Positions 45,136 to 53,822 of a stretch of DNA of 64,000 nucleotides are shown here, piece after piece; position 1 is the first letter of the stretch; every line of letters starts with the position of its first letter. Source of the DNA: a virus; the IMG/VR virus record IMGVR_UViG_3300030061_003170; one strand, given 5' to 3'. The notes beneath the pieces are model-generated. The model worked only from the letters and a program-made list of their open reading frames with translations, searched no databases and was not told where the DNA came from. The translations under genes and the position numbers were made by a program.

Positions 45136-45443
45136 TGGCTGCTCCTTGTTGATAATGTAACACGTTCATCATCATTGTCAAGGTGTTTTCTAGTCTTTTT
45201 TTTATTATTCATATAAACATCGTATGGCACGAGTACAAACATAGCATCCCAGCCAGTAACTATATCCTTGCCGTGAGGCATCATAACAATGTAAAGCGGG
45301 TATCCACCGGGATCATAATCATCCTTTACCGCTTCTACTACAATACCAACCTCATCGTGCGTACCATCAATAACATCCATCCAAACAACTAAATCACCCG
45401 GGCTGTATGTGTATCCACGGTGGTCGACTCGAGGTTTTCTCAT
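45132..45443 (-). CDS. SH3/KOW-like protein
   Basis: YSPGDLVVW..VGIVVE..YIV. Confidence 0.6.
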   Translation of the reverse strand: MRKPRVDHRGYTYSPGDLVVWMDVIDGTHDEVGIVVEAVKDDYDPGGYPLYIVMMPHGKDIVTGWDAMFVLVPYDVYMNNKKKTRKHLDNDDERVTLSTRSSH

Positions 45444-45523
45444 ACTTTATCTAGTTTTTTGTACAAATTTTCTTGACAAATTAAAAAAATGACCTTATTG
45501 ATAATCATTCTCAAAAAGGATTT

Positions 45524-45928
45524 TCACTCATCCGAGTCGGTTCCTGAGAGATCAAAGATGGGTTTCACTTCATCCTCGTGATCGTCACAATGTTCAAAAT
45601 CTTGTGGGTTGGTCGAGGAATTTGGTATCCAACGAAAAGGGTTGATAGAATAACCCTCGGCCACACCTAGGTCTGAGTATTCTACCTTTACATTATAGCG
45701 TGTCGTGTCATCTAGCACGGTCATGACCTCATCATCATACACAAGTATGCACGAGTCTATGGTCATAGACCACGCATAATAATACGAGAAGATCGAGTCT
45801 ATCATTACACTTGAGTAATCCGTTATGACTACGCACGTATGTACAGTTTCACCCTTGCGTGCGAGTATAAGCGCACCCTCGGGGATGCTTCTGACTAGGC
45901 GCGATCTCAACTGTTGGTCACCTCCCAC
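45524..45928 (-). CDS. hypothetical protein
   Basis: ORF; start uncertain. Confidence 0.5.
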   Translation of the reverse strand: MGGDQQLRSRLVRSIPEGALILARKGETVHTCVVITDYSSVMIDSIFSYYYAWSMTIDSCILVYDDEVMTVLDDTTRYNVKVEYSDLGVAEGYSINPFRWIPNSSTNPQDFEHCDDHEDEVKPIFDLSGTDSDE

Positions 45929-45983
45929 AAGCGTATGTCGGGCAGGCAGGGGGGTAGTAGGGTAGTAGTAGGGTAGTAGGAGT

Positions 45984-46214
45984 TCATGGCTTATCCTCTA
46001 GGATCTTGAAGGATCCCAGTTCCATTAGTCTACGTACAGTCTCTTCTCCGATAATTGTGACATCTCCAGTGGAAAAAAAATAAATTTCATAATTCGTCCT
46101 CCAGTTGAAAAGCGGTGCTTCTGACCATGTTCCAGATTTTATCTCCTTTACAATGATACCTACCTTTCCATTATCACTTATCAGCATCCCCTCTTTTAAC
46201 ACTATCTCTTGCAT
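45984..46214 (-). CDS. SH3/KOW-like small protein
   Basis: LKEGMLI..VGIIVKE..YEIYF. Confidence 0.55.
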   Translation of the reverse strand: MQEIVLKEGMLISDNGKVGIIVKEIKSGTWSEAPLFNWRTNYEIYFFSTGDVTIIGEETVRRLMELGSFKILEDKP

Positions 46215-46902
46215 ACTTCAATAAGTCCTCCAAAACTTCTATGTCAAGCGTATTGATGTCAGATAACAAAGCAATGTTTGGTATCAGATCAACTCCGAAA
46301 ACATCTTGCTTCATCATAACACTTGATACAACGCCAACTATTCCATCGTCTGAGAAGACAACTGAACCGCTGGATCCTGGCCATGCGAAGATGTTTGTCA
46401 AAATGTAATTACCTCTTTTCTCTACCGCAAGACCTTGCGATGGATAGAAAGCCGTACCGGCTGGTGCTCCCACATAGCAGATTGGTTCTGCATACTCTAG
46501 TTTTTTGTCTACGTGGTAATGTATTGGCTTGGTGTACTTCAACTGTTTTTCGGTAACCAGAACCGCCAAATCGTTTACTGGGTCTGTGTAGATAACTCTG
46601 GCAAACTCAATGTTTGGACCCCTCTCTTGGATCGCAATGTATTCTCCTTTGTCAACAACGTGTGCAGCCGTAATGATAAACAAGTGTCCTTTGTGTCTAA
46701 AATAATTCCCTGATCCGTTGCTTATTGGATTAGTTTCTTTGTCTAGGATTGTAATGATAACCGATGATTTTACTGCCTTGAACATCCCTGTCGGTGCAAA
46801 ATCGTAAACGTCCGGTACATAAGTTTCATCATAGTTGCTCCACCAACCAAATGATGTTCCTAGCGTTAGAATCATAAAATAGAATAGAATTTTTCTCACC
46901 AC
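46174..46902 (-). CDS. trypsin-like serine protease with N-terminal membrane anchor
   Basis: ITAAHV, NDLAVL, PGSSGS catalytic triad motifs. Confidence 0.88.
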   Translation of the reverse strand: MVRKILFYFMILTLGTSFGWWSNYDETYVPDVYDFAPTGMFKAVKSSVIITILDKETNPISNGSGNYFRHKGHLFIITAAHVVDKGEYIAIQERGPNIEFARVIYTDPVNDLAVLVTEKQLKYTKPIHYHVDKKLEYAEPICYVGAPAGTAFYPSQGLAVEKRGNYILTNIFAWPGSSGSVVFSDDGIVGVVSSVMMKQDVFGVDLIPNIALLSDINTLDIEVLEDLLKYARDSVKRGDADK

Positions 46903-46946
46903 ATCAGTGCCCCCCGTATTTTAAATAGGGGCAGAAAAATAAAAAA

Positions 46947-46971
46947 GTCCGTAGCGCTCGGGCTTACGGAC
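46947..46971 (-). terminator. intrinsic terminator
   Basis: GTCCGTA..TACGGAC stem followed by TTTTTTATTTTT. Confidence 0.75.
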
Positions 46972-47542
46972 GTATGTTACTAAATAAAATCTTGATTGAT
47001 TGTCTCAAAGATTTTGATAGTAGGCGTGGATACACCTCTTTGCACTCCTCTGGTGGGTCATAAGGAACTGATCCTTGAGTGGGGTGTGGCACCCTTCTGC
47101 GCGGGGGAGTTCGGCACTCTGTCTTTACAACTTCAGTGGTTGAGGATGCGGCCCTGAGTTTACCGTAGTTATCATAAATCTTCATTGATACACCAAGCAT
47201 TTCCTTCGTCAAGTGTATGTTGGTCATTACATACCAGTGATCATTATTGAGAGAGCATTCATAAGTGCTGGCTTGATAGTCACAATCCTTTGCGTAAAGA
47301 TTGCTTAGGTCATCAAAGATAACTGGTTCAAGGTCTGTTGGGAAATAATGGTGAGCATACTGTGCTGCCATACCACTAATGATTGAATTAGTGTGTGTCT
47401 CATTCAGAACTCTTGTTTCGTCAACAATTATTGCACTGTCTATGTAAACTTCTGGTGGCTTATCTTCTACGACTATCGTCTCTTTTGCGACAGTCTCAGG
47501 TGGCTGACCGGCAAGGGCTGTTAGCATTAGCAATAAAATCAT
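46964..47542 (-). CDS. secreted hypothetical protein
   Basis: MILLLMLTALA signal peptide; GGAGG RBS. Confidence 0.6.
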   Translation of the reverse strand: MILLLMLTALAGQPPETVAKETIVVEDKPPEVYIDSAIIVDETRVLNETHTNSIISGMAAQYAHHYFPTDLEPVIFDDLSNLYAKDCDYQASTYECSLNNDHWYVMTNIHLTKEMLGVSMKIYDNYGKLRAASSTTEVVKTECRTPPRRRVPHPTQGSVPYDPPEECKEVYPRLLSKSLRQSIKILFSNIRP

Positions 47543-48717
47543 TCTCTCCTCCGTAAAACGAATGGTGTAACCAAAAGACCTAGCCAAACTGCCTTGTCCA
47601 CTGAATTACATCCAGTTTTGACTGGTGCTGGAGTATCTCCATCTAATTCTAGTTCCCCCTCAGAGGCTTCAGAATCGCCTGTGTCTTCTTGTTCAGGTGC
47701 AGCAGTGTCTTCTTCCTCCACTTCCTCTACCGGCTCTTCAGCAGGCTCAGAGGACGGCTCAGGCTCCTCATAGAATGGTGGCGCAATCTCTACGCCTTGA
47801 AGACTAAGGCCTAACTCATAGGCGAACGGGTTTATGTTTCCGATGTCAAAGTTAGACACAAAGTTGAACTGGTCCATGTAAAAGTTGTGACCAAACTCTA
47901 CCTGAATTGGTAGAAAGTATTCATAGTATGCAGATTGGTTAGCACGCTCTCCTAAGTTGAGGTAGGTGTCCCATGCCATCAAGTCTGCTCGACCGTTCAC
48001 AAACACATCCCACTCATACAGTGTGGTTTCGTATTGTGTCTGAACCATAAATTCAGAGTTAAGGTAACCTTTTGATTGTATCTCCGCAGATCCGGCTATA
48101 TTTCCACCAACAGGAACACCGTTGATGTTTGTTCCATCAGGTAAACTCAAAGCCGTCATGGCTGAACCCTCGGCTCCAGCAGATACATTAGCACCTATGC
48201 CATACTGGTTCGATACGCTAATCTGCCCATAAGCATCAATGCCATAGTTCTCAAAAGGAACGGCCCAGTCCCAACGGAATGCACCTTGCTCTCGTGACAC
48301 GTCAGTAATTGCTTCAACGGAGACAACAGGGTATTCTCCCCAGTCTTGCCAGTCATCAGCCCATAACTCACAGTCAGTGCCGCCAAGATACCAAGGACAA
48401 TCTCGTCCCGGTGTTGCTCTTACTTTGACCACTGCAACATAAAAGTCCGAACCTCTATCTATCGAAGACTGAAACCAGAAAAACTCTATGATACCATCAA
48501 CAGAGTTTCCGTAGTTGTCTGAGTTTCCGACATAAAGAGTGTTTCCCTCAAAGAAAGCATAAGCCTGGTCTGACTGTTCATAGTTTGCATCTGTTACTTC
48601 GTTGAACCAGACATCGGTATCGCCCTCCAAGATTGTTGCGCCAGTGTATGAAGTCTCTGGAACATTGAGGGCATCTGCCGAAGCAATGCCCAGTAGTGAA
48701 CTTAGTAACCAAATCAT
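47539..48717 (-). CDS. secreted acidic beta-rich protein with MYXO-CTERM-like sorting tail
   Basis: Signal MIWLLSSLLGIASA; acidic linker; KTGCNSVDKAVWLGLLVTPFVLRRRE tail. Confidence 0.7.
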   Translation of the reverse strand: MIWLLSSLLGIASADALNVPETSYTGATILEGDTDVWFNEVTDANYEQSDQAYAFFEGNTLYVGNSDNYGNSVDGIIEFFWFQSSIDRGSDFYVAVVKVRATPGRDCPWYLGGTDCELWADDWQDWGEYPVVSVEAITDVSREQGAFRWDWAVPFENYGIDAYGQISVSNQYGIGANVSAGAEGSAMTALSLPDGTNINGVPVGGNIAGSAEIQSKGYLNSEFMVQTQYETTLYEWDVFVNGRADLMAWDTYLNLGERANQSAYYEYFLPIQVEFGHNFYMDQFNFVSNFDIGNINPFAYELGLSLQGVEIAPPFYEEPEPSSEPAEEPVEEVEEEDTAAPEQEDTGDSEASEGELELDGDTPAPVKTGCNSVDKAVWLGLLVTPFVLRRRE

Positions 48718-48727
48718 TTTTTTATCC

Positions 48728-49000
48728 TTAATCTGCTGTGTGTTGGTATTTTTTACCATCGAAGTAATTCATAAGATCAGTGTAGCCACCAATAAACTCT
48801 TCGGTGTTCTTCTCATCATTATAAACACTTATCATTGGCACTGTTGGCCAACGATTGTTTTTTAGGCTATGAGCCTCTCGTAAAGACTGATTGCCTGAGA
48901 CATCTATTATCTCAACGCTATGCTTGCGCTTCAATAATTCCTCTACTGCTTTCTTGCAAAAGCCACAATCGCCCTTGAATACAACTTTGAACTTTGTCAT
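48728..49000 (-). CDS. glutaredoxin
   Basis: CGFC, TVP, IGGYTD. Confidence 0.88.
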   Translation of the reverse strand: MTKFKVVFKGDCGFCKKAVEELLKRKHSVEIIDVSGNQSLREAHSLKNNRWPTVPMISVYNDEKNTEEFIGGYTDLMNYFDGKKYQHTAD

Positions 49001-49266
49001 CCTTTTAATAATCCTCTATTTTTTATTCTTCTGCTTAGTGAACCCGGGTCACCAACCACAACGTGCTGTCGTGGCTCTGCATAACCAGTTGAAACAACAA
49101 CTCTTGAGTATTTTGCCTGTGGTGCGAGGCCAATGGCTTGCGACTCTCTTATTACTTCTTGGCTTGGCGGCTCTTCGGTTATTGATAAGATCCAGTCTGG
49201 GTTGACGTAGAATTCTTTGAGACGGTATCTGCCGTCCTCTTTTACAATTTCAACCAAACTAACCAT
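48997..49266 (-). CDS. hypothetical protein (FlbD-like pattern)
   Basis: FYVNPDWILSITE; GAGG RBS. Confidence 0.55.
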   Translation of the reverse strand: MVSLVEIVKEDGRYRLKEFYVNPDWILSITEEPPSQEVIRESQAIGLAPQAKYSRVVVSTGYAEPRQHVVVGDPGSLSRRIKNRGLLKG

Positions 49267-49498
49267 AGCACACCTCTTTTTTGTTCTCTGCAAAGTATCT
49301 TATCTCTCTATTCTCGATCTCCCAAATCTTTGAGTCGATCATGACCCTGCTGTAACCTCTTTTGTTTTGACCAGCATAAACACCAATCTGAGGTTTTGCA
49401 GTTACACTTATTGGAGAGAACAGGTTGTCATTCTCGGACCACTTCCGGTGCAGGACTGTCCCCTGCGGAATCCATACTAGGTCTCCCTTCTCGTACAT
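49259..49498 (-). CDS. SH3/KOW-like small protein
   Basis: YEKGDLVWI..IGVYAG. Confidence 0.55.
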   Translation of the reverse strand: MYEKGDLVWIPQGTVLHRKWSENDNLFSPISVTAKPQIGVYAGQNKRGYSRVMIDSKIWEIENREIRYFAENKKEVCYG

Positions 49499-49775
49499 CT
49501 TCATCTCCTGTATAAAAATCTATTAGCCCAGTCAAGATTGACTGTACATCATTGAGGATCGCATCGGCATCAGCAATCTCTAGTCGTGTACTGTCAATCT
49601 TAGAATTAACTAGGTTTAAAGTATTAGAATCACCATCGCTTTCAACTATTGTTTCGAGGTTTTTTTCCAAAACGTCAATGCCTTGTTTCAATTTGATGAT
49701 CGATCTAATTGTCAAGTCTCTCAATTCGCTTGGAACATCATCCAGTTCCACGCCATAAGATATTCTAACTCTCAT
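49428..49775 (-). CDS. hypothetical coiled-coil protein
   Basis: MRVRISYGVELDDVP; GGAGG RBS; promoter TTGACA-N17-TATATT at 49797-49825. Confidence 0.6.
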   Translation of the reverse strand: MRVRISYGVELDDVPSELRDLTIRSIIKLKQGIDVLEKNLETIVESDGDSNTLNLVNSKIDSTRLEIADADAILNDVQSILTGLIDFYTGDEDVREGRPSMDSAGDSPAPEVVRE

Positions 49776-49829
49776 TTTTCCTCCAGTTATAAATGTAATA
49801 TAACCGATTAGTAATTGTCTGTCAAGTAT

Positions 49830-50093
49830 TTATTGGAAGATTCCCAAATAAATAGAGTTTATGACCAAGCCAGTGACAGCAAGGCCAACGGTCCAGATAA
49901 CTCTAGATACACTGGCTTGCCATTGCTCTAAGTCTCTAAGGCGAGCATAGAGTCCTTGATCAGGGTTATAAATGGCTTCCTTGATCTTCTTAACGTCTTC
50001 GATCATTTCGTCTTGTTTGTCTGCCATTCTTTCAATTGTCATTGTCAAACGAACGATAGCATCTTTCAGTTCTTGAATCTCTTTCTCATCCAC
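49830..50093 (-). CDS. coiled-coil protein with C-terminal TM (holin/XhlA-like)
   Basis: N-terminal coiled coil, RLRDLE, C-terminal TM; CTAATTA upstream. Confidence 0.5.
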   Translation of the reverse strand: MDEKEIQELKDAIVRLTMTIERMADKQDEMIEDVKKIKEAIYNPDQGLYARLRDLEQWQASVSRVIWTVGLAVTGLVINSIYLGIFQ

Positions 50094-50119
50094 AATCTAA
50101 CCCTCCACACTAATTAGTA

Positions 50120-51688
50120 TCAGTCCGAAACAATAGCATGCGAAGTTGTCAGTAAAGTTCCTGCTGCTGATGCAGCATTCTTCAAAGCCGAGGTTGTAAC
50201 TTTACAAGGGTCGATAATACCTGACTCGTACATATTGGTTATTTTTCTTCTCAAGAAGTCATAGCCATTATCACCTGTCTCATCTTTAATCTTTGAGACA
50301 ATAATATCAGCAGACTCTCCAGCATTTGTTGCCATTTGTCTGATTGGTGCTTGGCATGCCATGAGAATAACTTGTGCCCCAATTGATTGTTCATCATTAT
50401 CTGTCTCAACGAACAAGTCGGTTGTCGCACGTAACAGGGCCACGCCCCCACCCGGGAGGGTACCTAGGTCCCTTGCGGCCCTAACGGCCTCCAGTGCATC
50501 ATCAATACGATGCTTCTTCTCAATCATTTCGATTTCTGTGGCTGCTCCGACTTTGATGACTGCGACTCCCGAAGCAAGTCGAGTGATACGTTCTTGAAGT
50601 CGTTCACACTCAGATAGGTTGTCAGTCTGTTGTATCTCGTTCTTAATCGCCTCAATGCGCGTATCGATCTCCTCACCATTACCTTTTCCTCCAATGATTG
50701 TTGTCCATCCTTTCATGATCCTAATGTTTTTACATCCACCAAATTGAGGTAACTCAATCTCTTTCAAGAGCAGACCATCCTCCCTGGTGATAAATGTTGC
50801 ACCAATTGTGGCGCAAAGGTCTCTAAGGATATTTCTTCTTTCTTCTCCGTACTTTGGAGACTTAACGGCACAGATTTTCATTGTTCCACGTACAGCGTTG
50901 GCAATCAAAGCAGCAAGTGCTTGTCCTTCAAAGTCATTACCAATAATGAGAAGCGGACGGTTGTCTCTTGCTGCAATCTCTAGAGTTGGCATGATCTGAT
51001 CTATTTGTTCAATCTTTTCATCAGTAACAAGAACCAGTGGGTTGTCGTAATCAACAGTCCCAGTCCTCTCGTTGTTGATAAACTTGCTAGAAACATACCC
51101 AGAATCAAATCTAAAGCCCTCAATCAAGTCAAGAGAGGTCTCCATGCTTCGTGCTTCTTCCACAAGAACAGAGCCATCCTTGCCTGCCTTATCAACTGCT
51201 GTTGCAATCAGTGTGCCAATCGCTTCATCATTATTTGCTGAGATTGTGGCAATGTGCTTAATATCATCAACTGTCTGAATTGGTCGCGACATGTCCGTCA
51301 GACGTTCGCAAACTGCTTCAACCGCCTTGTCCATACCTCTCTTCATTTCCACAGGGGAAACACCAGATACGAGGTATTGCTGTGCAGTCTTAAGGATGCT
51401 GCGCGCAAGTACAGTTGCGGTGGTTGTTCCGTCACCAGCAACGCTGACTGATTGCTCTGCCGCTTGCTTGATGACTTGCGCACCAAGGTTCATGAACGGA
51501 TCTTCGCAGGTAACAAACTTTGCTACGGTCACTCCGTCTTTTGTAATTACAGGAACGTCTTGCCCCTTGTGATATAATGCTACGTTACGCCCACGGGGGC
51601 CTAGGGTAGTAGCAACGTTATCTGCTAAAAGATCAACGCCCTCAATGATTTTCGCATTAAGGGGTTGACCGTTCTTAAAATGTTTCAC
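50120..51688 (-). CDS. groEL: chaperonin GroEL
   Basis: TLGPRGRNV, ITKDGVTVAK, AGDGTTTATVLA, EGFRFDSGY, GGGVAL, GIIDP. Confidence 0.97.
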   Translation of the reverse strand: MKHFKNGQPLNAKIIEGVDLLADNVATTLGPRGRNVALYHKGQDVPVITKDGVTVAKFVTCEDPFMNLGAQVIKQAAEQSVSVAGDGTTTATVLARSILKTAQQYLVSGVSPVEMKRGMDKAVEAVCERLTDMSRPIQTVDDIKHIATISANNDEAIGTLIATAVDKAGKDGSVLVEEARSMETSLDLIEGFRFDSGYVSSKFINNERTGTVDYDNPLVLVTDEKIEQIDQIMPTLEIAARDNRPLLIIGNDFEGQALAALIANAVRGTMKICAVKSPKYGEERRNILRDLCATIGATFITREDGLLLKEIELPQFGGCKNIRIMKGWTTIIGGKGNGEEIDTRIEAIKNEIQQTDNLSECERLQERITRLASGVAVIKVGAATEIEMIEKKHRIDDALEAVRAARDLGTLPGGGVALLRATTDLFVETDNDEQSIGAQVILMACQAPIRQMATNAGESADIIVSKIKDETGDNGYDFLRRKITNMYESGIIDPCKVTTSALKNAASAAGTLLTTSHAIVSD

Positions 51689-51702
51689 TTTTCCTCCAAA
51701 GG

Positions 51703-52932
51703 TTATTTCTCTTTACTTATTATAACCTCTTCTATGAGTTTGTCAAGGGAAAAGTGTAACTTTTTTTCTTTTTGTTCCATTACACCATCAGCAACTTTAT
51801 CATCACATGATCCAACACTGAATGCTTTGAAAGTAAAATCAGAGCCAGAACTTAAGTGGTCCTGTAATTGATCAAAGTTTTCTCTCTCAAGTGTTGATAT
51901 ATAACTAACAATCAGTTGCTTCATTTGTCCATACCAAGCATCGAGGACAGAGAGAGAATCGAACACCTCTTGCATTTCGCTACGAAGTGCATTGTTAAAA
52001 CTCTCTGGGGTTAACAGAGATTGCAATTCGTAAGTTGCTTTCTCTGCAACATCAGGGTCATTGCTTGACAGCACGTTATTCAGAGAGTCTATGTCATAAT
52101 ACTCAACTCCCTTAACTTCCTGTGGTATTGCCGAGCCGATGATGTCAGCCTTAGTGATCTTGTAAGCGTTGATTGAAATGTCACCACCACTACCAACAAA
52201 TGAAAGATAATAAAGTCCCCCATCGTTTATTGGATCAGTAGGTGGGTTAATAAATTTTCTATCTTCACTCTTTGCTACAGTAGAGTTACGTATGGTGCGG
52301 TGACCTTTGTCCAGCGGCATTGAGTAAGGTATTGATAGGGTCTCCAATAAGTTACCAAAAGAACCTCCGAGTTTTGACTTGGCCTTTACTTTAAGTGAGA
52401 CACCAACTCTGAGGCCTCCACGTTCGACGATGATGTCTTCAACACCACCAGTACGTGAGGGAACAGTCTGGCCACCCATAAGAGTTGCCATATAAGCCTC
52501 GTTTACATAACCACCAGCAGACCTATTGAACTGCTCAGTGATTGAAATCAAACCAGCAGATAAAGCAATCTTTGACATCAATCCGCCAAGGCTTGAACAA
52601 CGCTCGCTCAAGACCTCTTGAGACTTAAAATCAAAGAAACTAAACGAATCAACCAAAGATTGAGCAGAAGACAAGTCAATACTGACATTCGCGCTAGACA
52701 TCAGGGTGTTTAATGCTGCACTGGATGATTTGAGAATCTTATCTGATTCAGTTCCAGTAACAAGAATGTCTGCTATCTCTGCTAAGTCAAGCCCAAGATT
52801 GTCCATACTCTTTGGCGCTGCTGCTTTCTTCTCAACACCACCTTTCTCTTCCTCGTTAAGGACGGGGCTTTTGTGAAGTTCGCGCTTTTCTGCTAGCAAT
52901 TTATCAACTAATTCATCCAGAATGCTTCTCAT
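51703..52932 (-). CDS. hypothetical protein, possible PD-(D/E)xK-like domain
   Basis: GYVNEAYMA..VEDII..GVSLK. Confidence 0.5.
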   Translation of the reverse strand: MRSILDELVDKLLAEKRELHKSPVLNEEEKGGVEKKAAAPKSMDNLGLDLAEIADILVTGTESDKILKSSSAALNTLMSSANVSIDLSSAQSLVDSFSFFDFKSQEVLSERCSSLGGLMSKIALSAGLISITEQFNRSAGGYVNEAYMATLMGGQTVPSRTGGVEDIIVERGGLRVGVSLKVKAKSKLGGSFGNLLETLSIPYSMPLDKGHRTIRNSTVAKSEDRKFINPPTDPINDGGLYYLSFVGSGGDISINAYKITKADIIGSAIPQEVKGVEYYDIDSLNNVLSSNDPDVAEKATYELQSLLTPESFNNALRSEMQEVFDSLSVLDAWYGQMKQLIVSYISTLERENFDQLQDHLSSGSDFTFKAFSVGSCDDKVADGVMEQKEKKLHFSLDKLIEEVIISKEK

Positions 52933-53822
52933 TTAATGTCCTCCAATAACTTTTTAATGTCCAAACCAGCACAATCTATCTTTCGATTGGTCAAATGATA
53001 GTGGCTTACAAAGCCTTCAAATCTTCCATCAGCCACCGGTTTACTTACTTTGGTACTAGTGTTGCCTTTTCTATCCAAAGGGGCCTTCAGGGGGATTCCT
53101 GTGGCTGTATGGACGGCTTTCATTAGTGCTTGCAGTGCTTGAAGTTGAACTGGGTAGAAACCAAGGTGAGTCTCCAGTTTTTTACCATGAACCATAGCAT
53201 CTCTGACCACTGGTCTTTCTCCGAAACCTTTTCTCTTGTACCAATCTTGATACTTTGGATAGAAAGCGTTAGCAATCTCAACACCAACAGAAGCATTGTT
53301 CCATTTGCGAGAACCAGCATGGTAAGCAACATCATTCATGTCCATGAATTGATAGATGGTTCCATCGTTGTCAATGGCGAAGTGAACAGAGATGCCTCTC
53401 TTCTTCAGTACTTTAAAGCAAGTCTCGGAAGAAAGGCAAACGTCCCAATGACACACGAAAAACTTTGGGTCTCTCTTCTGTGTCATCTTTCTGAAGCCTT
53501 TGGTCAACTTGTAACCATCGCCCTCAAAGAAAAGACGGACGTTTGGCCATTCAATCGGTAGATAGTCTGAGTTATAGACAATGAAAGACTCTCTGTTCTG
53601 CTTCATTGACTTTGGCTGATAGTCTTCGAGGTTAGCCACTCTATCGTTGTAAACACGTCGATAGGTGGTAGGACCCATAAGGCCATCTGCCGTTAGATTA
53701 TGCTCTTTTTGGAACTTTATGATAGCATTGATGAGATCCTCATCAAAATCATCGCAACCAAACCACTCAGGTGTCCACCCAAGTTTTGCAGCAGAGCCTT
53801 CATTGTAAAAAACCTTATCCAT
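52929..53822 (-). CDS. endolysin: PG-binding domain + N-acetylmuramoyl-L-alanine amidase (Amidase_2)
   Basis: FQKEHNLTADGLMGPTT; VCHWD, SVHFAIDNDGTIYQ, AYHAG, SVGVEI, SH..KIDC. Confidence 0.88.
   Translation of the reverse strand: MDKVFYNEGSAAKLGWTPEWFGCDDFDEDLINAIIKFQKEHNLTADGLMGPTTYRRVYNDRVANLEDYQPKSMKQNRESFIVYNSDYLPIEWPNVRLFFEGDGYKLTKGFRKMTQKRDPKFFVCHWDVCLSSETCFKVLKKRGISVHFAIDNDGTIYQFMDMNDVAYHAGSRKWNNASVGVEIANAFYPKYQDWYKRKGFGERPVVRDAMVHGKKLETHLGFYPVQLQALQALMKAVHTATGIPLKAPLDRKGNTSTKVSKPVADGRFEGFVSHYHLTNRKIDCAGLDIKKLLEDIK

Larger units (their letters stand above)
27416..45181 (-). repeat. dispersed ~55-bp early-promoter repeat, about 27 copies
   Basis: Consensus AAAAAGTTTRYCTTTTTCC-TTGACA-N16/17-TACATT with TG extension. 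-35 (plus-strand TGTCAA) at 27439, 27608, 28919, 29262, 29495, 29776, 30079, 30478, 30671, 31251, 31833, 32544, 34473, 35671, 35882, 36498, 37476, 38428, 39615, 40369, 40663, 41702, 42295, 43646, 44419, 45176. Confidence 0.9.

Noticed and set aside
27416-45181. CRISPR array interpretation of the repeats
   Set aside because: Spacing is irregular (0.15-2 kb), the intervening DNA is coding, and the repeats are degenerate promoters or RBS junctions. There is no cas operon.
35913-45443. Diversity-generating retroelement or classical integron
   Set aside because: No reverse transcriptase or integron integrase in the window, no TR/VR pair with adenine-specific differences, and the junctions lack attC-type inverted-repeat structure.
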